DNA of 64,000 bases. Source: an uncultured Mycoplasmatota bacterium (GTDB taxonomy: Bacteria > Bacillota_I > Bacilli_A > RF39 > UBA660). The DNA lies in assembly GCA_900549285.1 (NCBI GenBank), contig URNW01000005.1, positions 794 to 64,793 of the forward strand, written 5' to 3'. Under the pieces are notes generated by a model. That model made no database searches. It was not told the origin of the DNA and saw only the letters and a program-made list of their open reading frames with translations. Shown in pieces: positions 1-9,381 of the stretch (positions are counted from its first letter, which is position 1; every line of letters begins with the position of its first letter). The translations under genes and the position numbers were made by a program.

Positions 1-57
1 TAGATATTACTCTTTAAAATCGTTAATACTTATAATATTAGATTGAGATTAAAGAAA

Positions 58-98
58 AATATGTACATAAGTAATACCTGTTGTACATATTTTTATTT
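58..98. terminator. stem-loop terminator (bidirectional) beyond the 3' end of the LtaS-like gene
   Basis: 10-bp perfect inverted repeat aatatgtaca (58-67) / tgtacatatt (82-91). It is flanked by an A-run upstream and a T-run downstream. Confidence 0.5.
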
Positions 99-138
99 TA
101 TTCACTTCTGAGCTATTTATTAAACCTCTTTTTACCAA

Positions 139-2079
139 TTAATTTAAAAGATATTCATACATATTATATTTTATTATATTAGCACTTAAAGTAAAACGAT
201 TAGATACTAAATTATTCATATTTCTTATATATTCTTCTACATTCTCTAAAGTTACTCCCTCTTTTAAAGTAAACTTACCATTTTTGTATGTTCCATAATC
301 ACTTACCCAACTACGATTAGAAAAGATTGCTAATCCTGGGGCATCACTTAATATATCTTTCCCTATAATTAATCGGGAATCATATTCAATACCAAATAAG
401 TTTAATAAAGTAGGTAATACATCAATTTGACTGCCAACTTTATCTACTTCTACTGTTTTTGCTTCACTATTCCAAAGAATGAAATTACTACGATTTACTT
501 CCACTATTTCATCTCTTTCATAATCACTTAATTCATTTACTTCATCTATTGTTAATGTATATGGATAGTGATCCCCAACTAAAGCGATAACGGTATCTTC
601 TAAAATACCTTGTTGATCTAAATTATTTATTAGACTTTCTAAAGCTTTATCTAGTTCTATTTGGGTAGCTAAATAAGCTTTTACATTATTAGAGTATGAT
701 AGATCTTTAACATAATCTTTATTTTTAAGAGCAATAGAATTTCCTGTGGAATTATAGGCATATGGAGCATGTCCTGAAACAGTTACATAATAAGTTACAA
801 ATGGAGTGTTATCTTTATATAATGGGAATGTTTTATTAATCATATCAACATCACTAGGAAGCCAACTGCAATTTATTAAATCTTCCATCCCATTTCCACA
901 TCCCATATAAGAAGTAAAACCTAATGTTTTCATGGTTTTTTGTCTACTATAATAAGTGTATGTCCAGTTATGATAACTATTTTTAGTATAACCAATTTTA
1001 CCAAAAGCATTTCCTAAAGCATAAGAAATTGTTGGTTCTAATTTTTTCCAATCAGATAATACTGATTGAGTAGGAATTAATCCTGTTGTAGCTTGAAATT
1101 CTCCTCCTGTAGTACTTAAAAAAACTGGTGAATAAAAATTATTAAAGACAAATCCTTCATGAGTTAATTTATATAGAGTTGGAGTTAATTCTTGATCAAC
1201 AGCGATCATATTAAAGCCTTCTGCTAGAATAAAAATGAGATTTTTACCTTTAAACATACCTGTATATTCATTTTTATTGGTAGATTCACTATTTTTAAAA
1301 TACTCTAACATATTTTTTATTGTCTCATTGGATTCTTTAGCAATTAAATCATCAAAATTAATTGCTATTTCATTATATGTTACTACTTCTTCTTTCTCTT
1401 CTTCTTCATCTTTTGGTATATCTGGCTCTTCTTTTCCCGTTAATTTTTCTTCAAAGCCAAATATTACTCTTTTTATATCTAGTCTCGTATAAGTAAATAA
1501 ACCAAATGTTTCAGTTGTCTTTGCCTCACTATTAATATTATAGTATAGATTATAAGCAGAATATGTTTCATCTTTATTTATTAATAAACACAAAAGAGAT
1601 ATTCCCCAAGTTATTAAAATAACCAAAAAGCAGACAATTAACTGTTTCCAGTCTGCTCTTTCAAAATTAATTCTTTTATGAAAAATTATTAATAGAATAA
1701 GTGGTACAAAAAAGAGGATAACAATCCATAAATTCTTTAATATTATATCACTAATAATATTTGTAAAATCAAGAGCATTACTAGCTAATCCTATGGTATT
1801 AAATGAAAAAATATTACTAAATAGTCGGTGGAAAAAGAATTGAAAGCAATAATATAAAATTAATCCTATGCTTAATAGATAAATCATTATTTTATTACCT
1901 TTATTTTTAAATATATTTACTAATAAGTATAAGATTAATATAAAAGGAATACTAAATAATAAGGTTAAAAAAATTCCATTCGCACTTTTCGTAATAAATA
2001 TTTTTGTTAATATCTCTAAATATATTACTAAAAAGCTAAGATAGAATATTGTGCTAAATTTTTTCTTCATGTACTTCAC
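139..2079 (-). CDS. LtaS-family sulfatase-like phosphoglycerol transferase (lipoteichoic acid synthase family)
   Basis: 646-aa ORF. An N-terminal multi-TM region is followed by an alkaline-phosphatase/sulfatase-type extracellular domain (LIFILAEGFN, VSGHAPY, VGDHYPY). Confidence 0.75.
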   Translation of the reverse strand: MKYMKKKFSTIFYLSFLVIYLEILTKIFITKSANGIFLTLLFSIPFILILYLLVNIFKNKGNKIMIYLLSIGLILYYCFQFFFHRLFSNIFSFNTIGLASNALDFTNIISDIILKNLWIVILFFVPLILLIIFHKRINFERADWKQLIVCFLVILITWGISLLCLLINKDETYSAYNLYYNINSEAKTTETFGLFTYTRLDIKRVIFGFEEKLTGKEEPDIPKDEEEEKEEVVTYNEIAINFDDLIAKESNETIKNMLEYFKNSESTNKNEYTGMFKGKNLIFILAEGFNMIAVDQELTPTLYKLTHEGFVFNNFYSPVFLSTTGGEFQATTGLIPTQSVLSDWKKLEPTISYALGNAFGKIGYTKNSYHNWTYTYYSRQKTMKTLGFTSYMGCGNGMEDLINCSWLPSDVDMINKTFPLYKDNTPFVTYYVTVSGHAPYAYNSTGNSIALKNKDYVKDLSYSNNVKAYLATQIELDKALESLINNLDQQGILEDTVIALVGDHYPYTLTIDEVNELSDYERDEIVEVNRSNFILWNSEAKTVEVDKVGSQIDVLPTLLNLFGIEYDSRLIIGKDILSDAPGLAIFSNRSWVSDYGTYKNGKFTLKEGVTLENVEEYIRNMNNLVSNRFTLSANIIKYNMYEYLLN

Positions 2080-2170
2080 CTAAATTTATTATAGCAGAAA
2101 AATAGAATTTTAAAAGAATTAACTTCCTTTTTTGGTCTTTTTTCTGTATAATTATGTCAGGTGATAGAAA

Positions 2171-2602
2171 ATGAAACAAATTTGGGATATTTATCATAAA
2201 TATGAAGAAATTATTAACTATCTTATTGTGGGAGGATTAACTACTTTAATTAGTTTAGCAGTAAAATATGGATTATTATTTACAATATTAGATGCTAGTG
2301 ATGCTATGGAGTTACAAATAGCCGTTATTATCTCTTGGATTATTGCTGTTGCTTTTGCTTATTTTGCTAATCGTATTTTTGTTTTTCATTCTAAATCTAA
2401 ACAATATTTAAAAGAAGTTAGTGGTTTTGTTGCAGGTAGAGTTGCAACCTTAATTATGGAGATGATTATAATGTGGTTCTTTGTTACTCTTCTTGGATTA
2501 GACAGTAATTTGTGGGTTATTGTTTGGACTATTGTTGCCCAAGTTTTAGTTATTATTGGTAATTATGTTATTAGCAAAGTATTTGTGTTTAAAAAGGACT
2601 GA
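2171..2602 (+). CDS. GtrA-family membrane protein
   Basis: 143 aa with 4 TM segments. N-terminal YLIVGGLTTLISL and C-terminal NYVISKVFVF are typical of GtrA-like proteins. Confidence 0.75.
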   Translation: MKQIWDIYHKYEEIINYLIVGGLTTLISLAVKYGLLFTILDASDAMELQIAVIISWIIAVAFAYFANRIFVFHSKSKQYLKEVSGFVAGRVATLIMEMIIMWFFVTLLGLDSNLWVIVWTIVAQVLVIIGNYVISKVFVFKKD

Positions 2603-2645
2603 TAAGGTCTCTTTTTTATAATTAGAATTGTTATGGAGGATTAAA

Positions 2646-3338
2646 ATGAGAATATTATTGGTTTTTGTTATTATTTTATTATCTACGGGTTGTGGTAGTT
2701 CATCCATAAAGCTTAATATTAACTCTGAAAAAGTACAATCTTTATATAATATGGCTACCCCTATAGAAGATGCCACTATACTAAAAAATCTTTATGAAAA
2801 TCCCAATACATTTGAAAATCAGTATATATTATCTATATCGATCAATAATTATCTTAATGAACAAAATGAGGTTATTAAATCTATCTCAAAAAATATTGTA
2901 GAAGAATATGTTTATAAAATTTTTGGAGATAATATTTCTGTTAAGCATGAGAAGGTTTATGTTCTTTCTGGTGATTATTGTGGATTCGATTACAATGAAG
3001 AACTACAGCAATATGAATTCTTGCATGGTTGTAGTGGAAATATGAATGAAAAGTTTTATCGCAAAATAACTAGTGCAATAGAAGAAGATGATAAAATTAT
3101 AATTTTAGAAAAGTCTTTATATGTTTATTACAATTTTGATTCAGAAATTTCTCATATTACTATCTATAATAATATAATTGATAGGGATATTATTCAAACT
3201 TATGATGTGGATTCTCAGAAAAATATGGATATTAATATTGATGATTATCTTGATCATGCTAGTACTTATCAATATGTTTTTAAAAAGGTTGAGGATCATT
3301 ATATTTTTGATCATTTTACTTTATTAGATAATATATAA
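2646..3338 (+). CDS. putative lipoprotein, function unknown
   Basis: The ORF track gives 2628. The internal ATG at 2646 yields MRILLVFVIILLSTGC, a signal peptide with an L-S-T-G-C lipobox. Confidence 0.6.
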   Translation: MRILLVFVIILLSTGCGSSSIKLNINSEKVQSLYNMATPIEDATILKNLYENPNTFENQYILSISINNYLNEQNEVIKSISKNIVEEYVYKIFGDNISVKHEKVYVLSGDYCGFDYNEELQQYEFLHGCSGNMNEKFYRKITSAIEEDDKIIILEKSLYVYYNFDSEISHITIYNNIIDRDIIQTYDVDSQKNMDINIDDYLDHASTYQYVFKKVEDHYIFDHFTLLDNI

Positions 3339-3348
3339 TTAGTTATTT

Positions 3349-3383
3349 AAACAAGAAATATAGATATGTTTTCTTGTTTTTAT
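3349..3383 (+). terminator. rho-independent terminator after the lipoprotein gene
   Basis: 10-bp stem aaacaagaaa (3349-3358) / tttcttgttt (3370-3379), followed by Ts. Confidence 0.7.
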
Positions 3384-3483
3384 ATGGAATAAATGCTAAA
3401 ATATATTCGTCTCTTTATTTAGTTTTAAATTGAATTTTTAACGATAAAAATTATCATAATAAATATTGGAAAGGAGTGTAAAA

Positions 3484-5430
3484 ATGTTTCAATTAGTATC
3501 TAAATATAAGCCTAGTGGAGATCAACCCCAAGCGATAGAAAAATTAGTTGAAGGGATTAGGGACGGCAAAAAAGAACAAGTATTACTGGGGGCTACTGGT
3601 ACAGGTAAAACGTTTACAGTTGCCAATGTTATCAAGGAAGTGAATAAACCAACTTTAGTTTTAGCTCATAACAAAACTCTTGCTGGGCAATTATATACTG
3701 AATTAAAAGAATTTTTCCCAAATAATCATGTAGAATATTTTGTCTCTTATTACGATTATTATCAACCAGAAGCATATGTACCTTCTAGTGATACTTATAT
3801 TGAAAAAGATGCTTCTATTAATGATGAAATTGATGAACTTAGACATGGTGCTACTAGTGCTCTTATTAATTATAAAGATGTTATAGTAGTTGCTAGTGTT
3901 TCTTGCATATATGGTATTGGGGAAAAAGAAGAATATGAAAAATCTATGCTTATTTTAAATATTGGTCAACATATTAAAAGAAATGAAATTATTAATCATT
4001 TGATTGATATGACTTATGAGAGAAATGATTTAGATTTCCACCGTGGAACTTTTCGGTGTCGTGGAGATATTATTGATGTGATCCCTGCCAATGAACATGC
4101 CCATGGTATTCGTATTGAATTATTTGGAGATGAAATAGATCGCATTTGTACTTTTGATCCAGTAACAGGTGTTATTGTTAGTGATAAAAAAACAATTACT
4201 ATCTCTCCTGCTTCTCACTTTGTTACTAGTCCTGAAAAATTAGAAGAAGCGATTAAAAGAATTGAAAATGAATTAAAAGAAAGACTTCAAGTTTTAAAAA
4301 GTGAGGGAAAATTACTTGAGGAGCAAAGATTACGAGAAAGAACCAATTATGATGTAGAAATGTTAAAAGAAACAGGATTTTGTAATGGAGTAGAAAATTA
4401 TTCAAGACATCTTGCTTTGCGTGGTGAAGGTGAAACTCCTACTTGTTTGATTGACTTTTTCCCAAAAGATTTTTTACTTATTGTAGATGAGTCTCATGTT
4501 ACCCTTCCTCAAGTTCGGGGAATGTATAATGGAGACAGAATGCGGAAACAAACTTTGGTTGATTATGGTTTTCGTCTTCCTAGTGCTTTAGATAACCGTC
4601 CTTTAAATTTTTCAGAATTTGAAAGTAAAATTAATCAAGCTATTTATGTATCTGCTACTCCTGGTGATTATGAACTAGAACATACAAATGGTAAGTATGT
4701 AGAGCAAATTATTCGCCCTACAGGATTACTTGATCCTACCATTGAGGTTAAACCAACCGAAGGACAAATTGATGATATTGTTGAGCAAATTAAAGAAAAA
4801 AGAGAAAAAAAGGAAAGAGTTCTTATTACAACTTTAACTATACGAATGAGTGAAGAGCTTACTAATTACTTAAAAGAAATGGGAATTAAAGTGGCTTATC
4901 TTCACAGTGAAATAAAAACTCTAGAACGGCTTAAAATTATTCGCGAGTTACGTTTAGGGGTTTATGATTGTGTCGTTGGTATTAATCTTTTAAGAGAAGG
5001 ACTTGATATTCCAGAGGTTAGTTTAATCTGTATTTTAGATGCGGATAAACAAGGATTTTTGCGAAGCGAAAGAAGTCTTATTCAAACGATTGGGCGAGCT
5101 GCTAGAAATGCTTCAGGTCATGTTATTATGTATGCTGATACAGTTAGTGAAGCTATGGATTTAGCTATTAAGGAGACTGCTAGACGTCGGGAAATTCAAG
5201 AGCAATATAATTTAGAGCATCACATTACTCCTAAAACAATTTCAAAAGAAATTAAAGAGGTTGTTTCTAATGAAATTGAAAATAAAGCTCAAAAAGCAAA
5301 AATGTCTAAGAAAGAAAAAGAAAATATTTTAGTAACATTGGAAGAAGAAATGCGTGAAGCTGCTAAAAACTTAGATTTTGAAAGAGCCATGGAACTTAGA
5401 GATATTTTATTGGAAATGAAAAGTAACTAG
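3484..5430 (+). CDS. uvrB: excinuclease ABC subunit B
   Basis: Contains GATGTGKTF Walker A, a DESH box, the helicase C region and a C-terminal UVR motif ([11 protein letters not shown]). The ATG at 3484 lies 7 nt after aaaggag; the ORF-track start 3466 is an upstream TTG. Confidence 0.95.
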   Translation: MFQLVSKYKPSGDQPQAIEKLVEGIRDGKKEQVLLGATGTGKTFTVANVIKEVNKPTLVLAHNKTLAGQLYTELKEFFPNNHVEYFVSYYDYYQPEAYVPSSDTYIEKDASINDEIDELRHGATSALINYKDVIVVASVSCIYGIGEKEEYEKSMLILNIGQHIKRNEIINHLIDMTYERNDLDFHRGTFRCRGDIIDVIPANEHAHGIRIELFGDEIDRICTFDPVTGVIVSDKKTITISPASHFVTSPEKLEEAIKRIENELKERLQVLKSEGKLLEEQRLRERTNYDVEMLKETGFCNGVENYSRHLALRGEGETPTCLIDFFPKDFLLIVDESHVTLPQVRGMYNGDRMRKQTLVDYGFRLPSALDNRPLNFSEFESKINQAIYVSATPGDYELEHTNGKYVEQIIRPTGLLDPTIEVKPTEGQIDDIVEQIKEKREKKERVLITTLTIRMSEELTNYLKEMGIKVAYLHSEIKTLERLKIIRELRLGVYDCVVGINLLREGLDIPEVSLICILDADKQGFLRSERSLIQTIGRAARNASGHVIMYADTVSEAMDLAIKETARRREIQEQYNLEHHITPKTISKEIKEVVSNEIENKAQKAKMSKKEKENILVTLEEEMREAAKNLDFERAMELRDILLEMKSN

Positions 5431-5452
5431 AATGATCTAGTTATTTTTTTTT
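5425..5452 (+). terminator. uvrB terminator
   Basis: Stem aactaga (5425-5431) / tctagtt (5436-5442) with a 4-nt loop, followed by a 9-T run. Confidence 0.7.
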
Positions 5453-5475
5453 ACTATAAAGATAGAAAACATATG

Positions 5476-6393
5476 TTATTTTAAAAATCCTTTAATGATA
5501 ACATCTTCTGCTTCTTTTTCACTTAATCCTAAAGTCATTAATTTTTTTAGTTGTTCACCAGCTATTTTGCCAATCGCTGCTTCATGAATTAAATTAGCAT
5601 CAATATTTTTAGCATAAATTTCTGGAATTGCTTTTACTTTGCCTTCTTCTTTTATAATGGCATCACACTCAATATGAGCATAGCATTTAGTATTTCCTGT
5701 AACATTGGAAACAAATTCTTGATAAGATGAATTTTCTGCAACACTTCTACTTGTTACATGAACACTAGCATTTTCACCATTTAAATCAACAATAAATTCT
5801 GTTTTTGCTTTTTCTTTGCCAGTCGTTAATATTTTTTCGGATATTTCTAAAGTTGTATTTTCTTCTAATACGGCTTTTGTTATACGTAAAGTATTATCTA
5901 CTCCTTTTATTTGCACACTATCCATATTCATTACAGAATTCTTTTTCATATAGATTTCTGTGGTCGGATTTAATACCTTTTTTCCTGTTCCTTTTCCTTC
6001 ACCATAATGTTTTTCTACGTATTTTACTTTTGCATTTTCTTCTAAGAAAAATCTATGAATACCATCATGTTCAGAATCATTATGTAAATCATTATGGATT
6101 CCACAGCCAGCAAAAATAATTACATTCGCATTTTTACCAATATGAAAATCATTATAAACAACATCTGTTAATCCACTTTCTGTTATAATGACAGGAATGT
6201 GTACAATTCCAAATAAAGTGTTTTCTTTTACATAGATATCAATTCCACTTTTATCCTCTTTATTTACAATATCAATATAACTATTTACTTTTCTTTCTAT
6301 ACTTTTGCCATTTTTACGAATATTATATACTTCTTTATTTTCATCAAAATTTTCACTAATTTTTTTTAATAGTTCTTTATCGGTATTATTCAT
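5476..6393 (-). CDS. SufB/SufD-family Fe-S cluster assembly protein
   Basis: 305 aa with a beta-helix-like repeat region. The C-terminal GEQLKKLMTLGLSEKEAEDVIIKGFL is typical of SufB/SufD. It overlaps the upstream SufC-like gene by 8 nt. Confidence 0.65.
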   Translation of the reverse strand: MNNTDKELLKKISENFDENKEVYNIRKNGKSIERKVNSYIDIVNKEDKSGIDIYVKENTLFGIVHIPVIITESGLTDVVYNDFHIGKNANVIIFAGCGIHNDLHNDSEHDGIHRFFLEENAKVKYVEKHYGEGKGTGKKVLNPTTEIYMKKNSVMNMDSVQIKGVDNTLRITKAVLEENTTLEISEKILTTGKEKAKTEFIVDLNGENASVHVTSRSVAENSSYQEFVSNVTGNTKCYAHIECDAIIKEEGKVKAIPEIYAKNIDANLIHEAAIGKIAGEQLKKLMTLGLSEKEAEDVIIKGFLK

Positions 6394-7093
6394 TTAGTCC
6401 TCCCATTAAACAGTCTTTGGCTAAAATACTATTTAACATGGTATCTTTATTGCCAATTTCTTTTATAGTTCCAGATTCTAACAGAATTATTTGATCAGCG
6501 ATTGATAATATTCGTTCTTGATGGGAAATAATGATTGTTGTTCCTTTGGATTTTGTTCCAATTTCTTTAAAAACTCCTGTTAAATATTTAAAACTCCATA
6601 AATCTATCCCTGCTTCTGGTTCATCAAATATAGATAACTGTGGATTTCGAGCAATAATTGTCGCAATTTCAATTCGCTTTAATTCCCCACCTGATAATGA
6701 ATTATTTAACTCACGATCTATATATTCTTTAGCACATAAGCCAACTTTTGATAAAATATCACAAGCTTCTTTTTTATTTACTTCTTTCCCTGTTGCTATT
6801 TTTAATAAATCATATACCGTTAGTCCTTTAAACGTTGTGGGTTGTTGAAAAGCAAAGCCGATTCCTAACTTGGCCCGCTCATTAATTGGCAATTTGGTTA
6901 TGTCTTTTCCATTTAAAATTATTTGTCCAGAATCAGGAGTTATTAGGCCCATTATGATTTTTACTAAAGTGGATTTACCACTTCCATTGGGACCTGTTAT
7001 ACAATAAAATTTACTATCTTCTAATTTGAGATTGATATTTTTTAATATGTCTTTATTATCTCTTTTAAAATTTATATTTTTTAATTCTAACAT
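6386..7093 (-). CDS. sufC: SufC-like Fe-S assembly ABC ATPase
   Basis: Walker A GPNGSGKST, signature LSGGE and Walker B SIFDEPE. It is translationally coupled to the SufB/D-family gene. Confidence 0.7.
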   Translation of the reverse strand: MLELKNINFKRDNKDILKNINLKLEDSKFYCITGPNGSGKSTLVKIIMGLITPDSGQIILNGKDITKLPINERAKLGIGFAFQQPTTFKGLTVYDLLKIATGKEVNKKEACDILSKVGLCAKEYIDRELNNSLSGGELKRIEIATIIARNPQLSIFDEPEAGIDLWSFKYLTGVFKEIGTKSKGTTIIISHQERILSIADQIILLESGTIKEIGNKDTMLNSILAKDCLMGGLNE

Positions 7094-7169
7094 TTTGTTC
7101 CTTTCTATGAGTTTTCACTCAATTTAATTATATAATTTAATTACTTTCCTTGTCAAGAAACGAATTTTC

Positions 7170-7198
7170 TTCACATTTTTCGCGGTTAGTGCTATAAT
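7170..7198 (+). promoter_or_regulatory. sigma-70-type promoter for the small basic ORF
   Basis: TTCACA (7170-7175), a 17-nt spacer, then TGcTATAAT (extended -10; hexamer 7193-7198). Confidence 0.6.
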
Positions 7199-7228
7199 TA
7201 ATTAGTCAGGTTTATAGGAGGTGGATGT

Positions 7229-7336
7229 ATGAAAACTTATAAAGTTAATTTGCCTAAAGGGGTTAAAAAGACATTTGGAAGAAGAAAAGGAGTCAAAGTT
7301 AGACTTATCAATAAAAATCTAAAGAAAAATAAATAA
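7229..7336 (+). CDS. 35-aa highly basic small protein (MKTYKVNLPKGVKKTFGRRKGVKVRLINKNLKKNK)
   Basis: Not in the ORF track because it is too short. AGGAGG lies 7 nt upstream of the ATG. It has a near-consensus promoter upstream and a terminator hairpin immediately after the stop. Confidence 0.55.
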   Translation: MKTYKVNLPKGVKKTFGRRKGVKVRLINKNLKKNK

Positions 7337-7368
7337 AATTTCAGTTGGTTAAAAACTGAAATTTTTAT
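7336..7368. terminator. bidirectional terminator between the small ORF and the gatD-like gene
   Basis: 11-bp stem aaatttcagtt (7336-7346) / aactgaaattt (7354-7364), followed by a T-run. Confidence 0.7.
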
Positions 7369-7943
7369 TTTAATAAATTTATGAAATACTGATTTAAATT
7401 ATCATTTCTAGCTAAAATTGGTCCTATTATAGAGGTAGCATAAAAGTTTTTATATTGAAATCCTTCCATCATGGTATCATGATTTCCAATTCCTTCTTCT
7501 ATATTAAAAATTATATTTTTAGTAGTACTTATTAAGTACTCCGTATTTTGAAATCCTTTAATTATTCCTTTACATAAAGATGTTGTTGCCTTTACATCAT
7601 ACACTTTTCTTTTTTCATAACGTTCTACTTTATACAAATCTAAAAAAGTAAGTATACTAATAGCATTTCCTGTAGCTAATAAGATTTTATCTGTTTTTAT
7701 ATATTTATGTATTTCTTCTTTATATGGTAACAAGCGTTGTTTTATTTCTTGTAAATTATTTTCTCTGCCACTTCCTAAATATACAAAATCATATTTAGAA
7801 AAGTCTAATTTTTCTTCTTTTTCTATTTGAATTAATTTATATTTTATATTTTCTTTTTCTAAGGCATAAGTAAGTGCTTTTATATTACCATTTTCACCAT
7901 ATAAAGTTAGTTCATGGGGATAAAGCATAGCAATTGTTAACAT
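7365..7943 (-). CDS. gatD: GatD-like (CobQ-type glutamine amidotransferase-like) partner of MurT, apparently lacking catalytic residues
   Basis: Collinear with the remembered S. aureus GatD sequence (LTLYGENGNIKAL, YLGSGRE, GPILARN). It overlaps murT by 7 nt. The nucleophile-elbow Cys and the LHGP His are replaced (see findings). Confidence 0.7.
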   Translation of the reverse strand: MLTIAMLYPHELTLYGENGNIKALTYALEKENIKYKLIQIEKEEKLDFSKYDFVYLGSGRENNLQEIKQRLLPYKEEIHKYIKTDKILLATGNAISILTFLDLYKVERYEKRKVYDVKATTSLCKGIIKGFQNTEYLISTTKNIIFNIEEGIGNHDTMMEGFQYKNFYATSIIGPILARNDNLNQYFINLLK

Positions 7944-9262
7944 AGGGTATCCTCCTTAAAAGCACTTTCAAAGGGCTTCATATAATCAAAGTTTAGTATT
8001 CCATATATTTTTTTAGCTTTACTGTTTATAATTTCTTCTTTTATTTCTGATAAAGAGTTCGCTGTTATGATTTTATCTTCAGGAATTTTGGCTAATAGTA
8101 ATCGTTTTTTTATATTTTCTTTATCTATTCCAACTGCATATATCTTATTTAATGATTCATTATTTAAAAGTTCAAATTCGATATCATAAAGCCATGATAT
8201 ATCAAAATGATTATATCTTCTGCTAATTTCTTTCCAACCTATTATTACATCTTTTAAATCATTATCTTGATAGACTTTAAATACACATTGATTATATGTT
8301 GTGGCATTTTCAGCTTTACAGTTTAAGGCTTTATATTGTTGATCATTTTTTATAAATTCAATATTATGGGTATGATTCCATTTATTTATCCCCTTTATAA
8401 TATCTAATTTTTCTAAGCCTATCTCTTTTAGAAAAGTATAACTTGCTAAAGTATTATAAGCGTTAAATAACATATCTCCCCCTATATTTACTTTTTCTTC
8501 TTCTAAAGTAAGTGTTCCTTTTTCTAAATCTAAGTTACTTCCTATTACTTCGGGTTGCTCCCATTTAAAATCACATTTAGGACAGTGATATTTTCCTAAT
8601 GTCTCAAAATTATAATATTCATATTCTAACTTAGTGCCACATTTTAAACAATAGTAAGTATTTAAGTTTTCAAATATTTGTTTTAAATAAGAATATTTAT
8701 TTTGATCTAGGGCAAAATGAATATTTTTATTAGGGACATCTAATTCAAAGTGTCGCAAAAATGGTTCATCCATTGTAGTGATAATTGTTGTATCTTGAGG
8801 CAATTTCTTTTTTATTTCTTCTAGTATCACATCTACGTGGTATTGTCTTGGTGGTTGATCTTTGGTTATATTGGTTACAATTAAATAATTAGGATTTATA
8901 TCTTCAAAGATTTCTTTTGTGTAACGTTCATCAACTTCTAATACTAGGATATCTTTTTTTATGGTACCAAATAAACTAGAATTTTTAATACATGCAGTAG
9001 TTACACCATATTTTAAGTTTGATCCAGCTTCGTTAAAACATACTGTATAATTATTTTCTTTTAATACCTGAGCTATTAATTTAGCTGTACTTCCTTTACC
9101 TGAGGAACCTGTAACGATTAATTTTATTTTAGGATATTTTAATTTCTTTAAAATTTTCTTATCTATTTTTAGAGCTATTTTACCTGGCATGGAACTACCA
9201 CGGTGAAAAATTTTTCCTGCAGTGAAAGCTAATTTACCCATCATAATACTAATTATTTTCAT
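7937..9262 (-). CDS. murT: lipid II isoglutaminyl synthase subunit MurT (Mur ligase family with Cys-rich ribbon and DUF1727-type C-terminus)
   Basis: TGSSGKGST P-loop and a CLKCG...CPKC zinc ribbon. The ORF is 441 aa and is coupled to the gatD-like gene. Confidence 0.8.
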   Translation of the reverse strand: MKIISIMMGKLAFTAGKIFHRGSSMPGKIALKIDKKILKKLKYPKIKLIVTGSSGKGSTAKLIAQVLKENNYTVCFNEAGSNLKYGVTTACIKNSSLFGTIKKDILVLEVDERYTKEIFEDINPNYLIVTNITKDQPPRQYHVDVILEEIKKKLPQDTTIITTMDEPFLRHFELDVPNKNIHFALDQNKYSYLKQIFENLNTYYCLKCGTKLEYEYYNFETLGKYHCPKCDFKWEQPEVIGSNLDLEKGTLTLEEEKVNIGGDMLFNAYNTLASYTFLKEIGLEKLDIIKGINKWNHTHNIEFIKNDQQYKALNCKAENATTYNQCVFKVYQDNDLKDVIIGWKEISRRYNHFDISWLYDIEFELLNNESLNKIYAVGIDKENIKKRLLLAKIPEDKIITANSLSEIKEEIINSKAKKIYGILNFDYMKPFESAFKEDTLC

Positions 9263-9320
9263 ATACTCACCTGACTATGTAATTATTTTACCATTTTTGT
9301 TGTTACTTTTAAATGTTTAT

Positions 9321-9349
9321 TTGACACGAAATGTAAATTATAGTACTAT
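9321..9349 (+). promoter_or_regulatory. glmS promoter
   Basis: TTGACA (9321-9326), a 17-nt spacer, then TACTAT (9344-9349). It lies about 30 nt upstream of the glmS ATG. Confidence 0.6.
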
Positions 9350-9381
9350 TTATTTATAAAGATAAAGGAAGTGATATAAAT

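Noticed and set aside
3339-3483. A LexA/Cheo box upstream of uvrB, which would corroborate the SOS-box reading at 57448.
   Set aside because: No GAAC-N4-GTTC or close variant is present. This weakens but does not exclude the SOS interpretation of the island palindrome.
9263-9381. A glmS ribozyme is expected upstream of glmS in many Firmicutes.
   Set aside because: The intergenic region is only ~118 nt and almost pure A/T. A promoter sits ~30 nt from the ATG. None of the conserved G/C-rich ribozyme core segments are visible.
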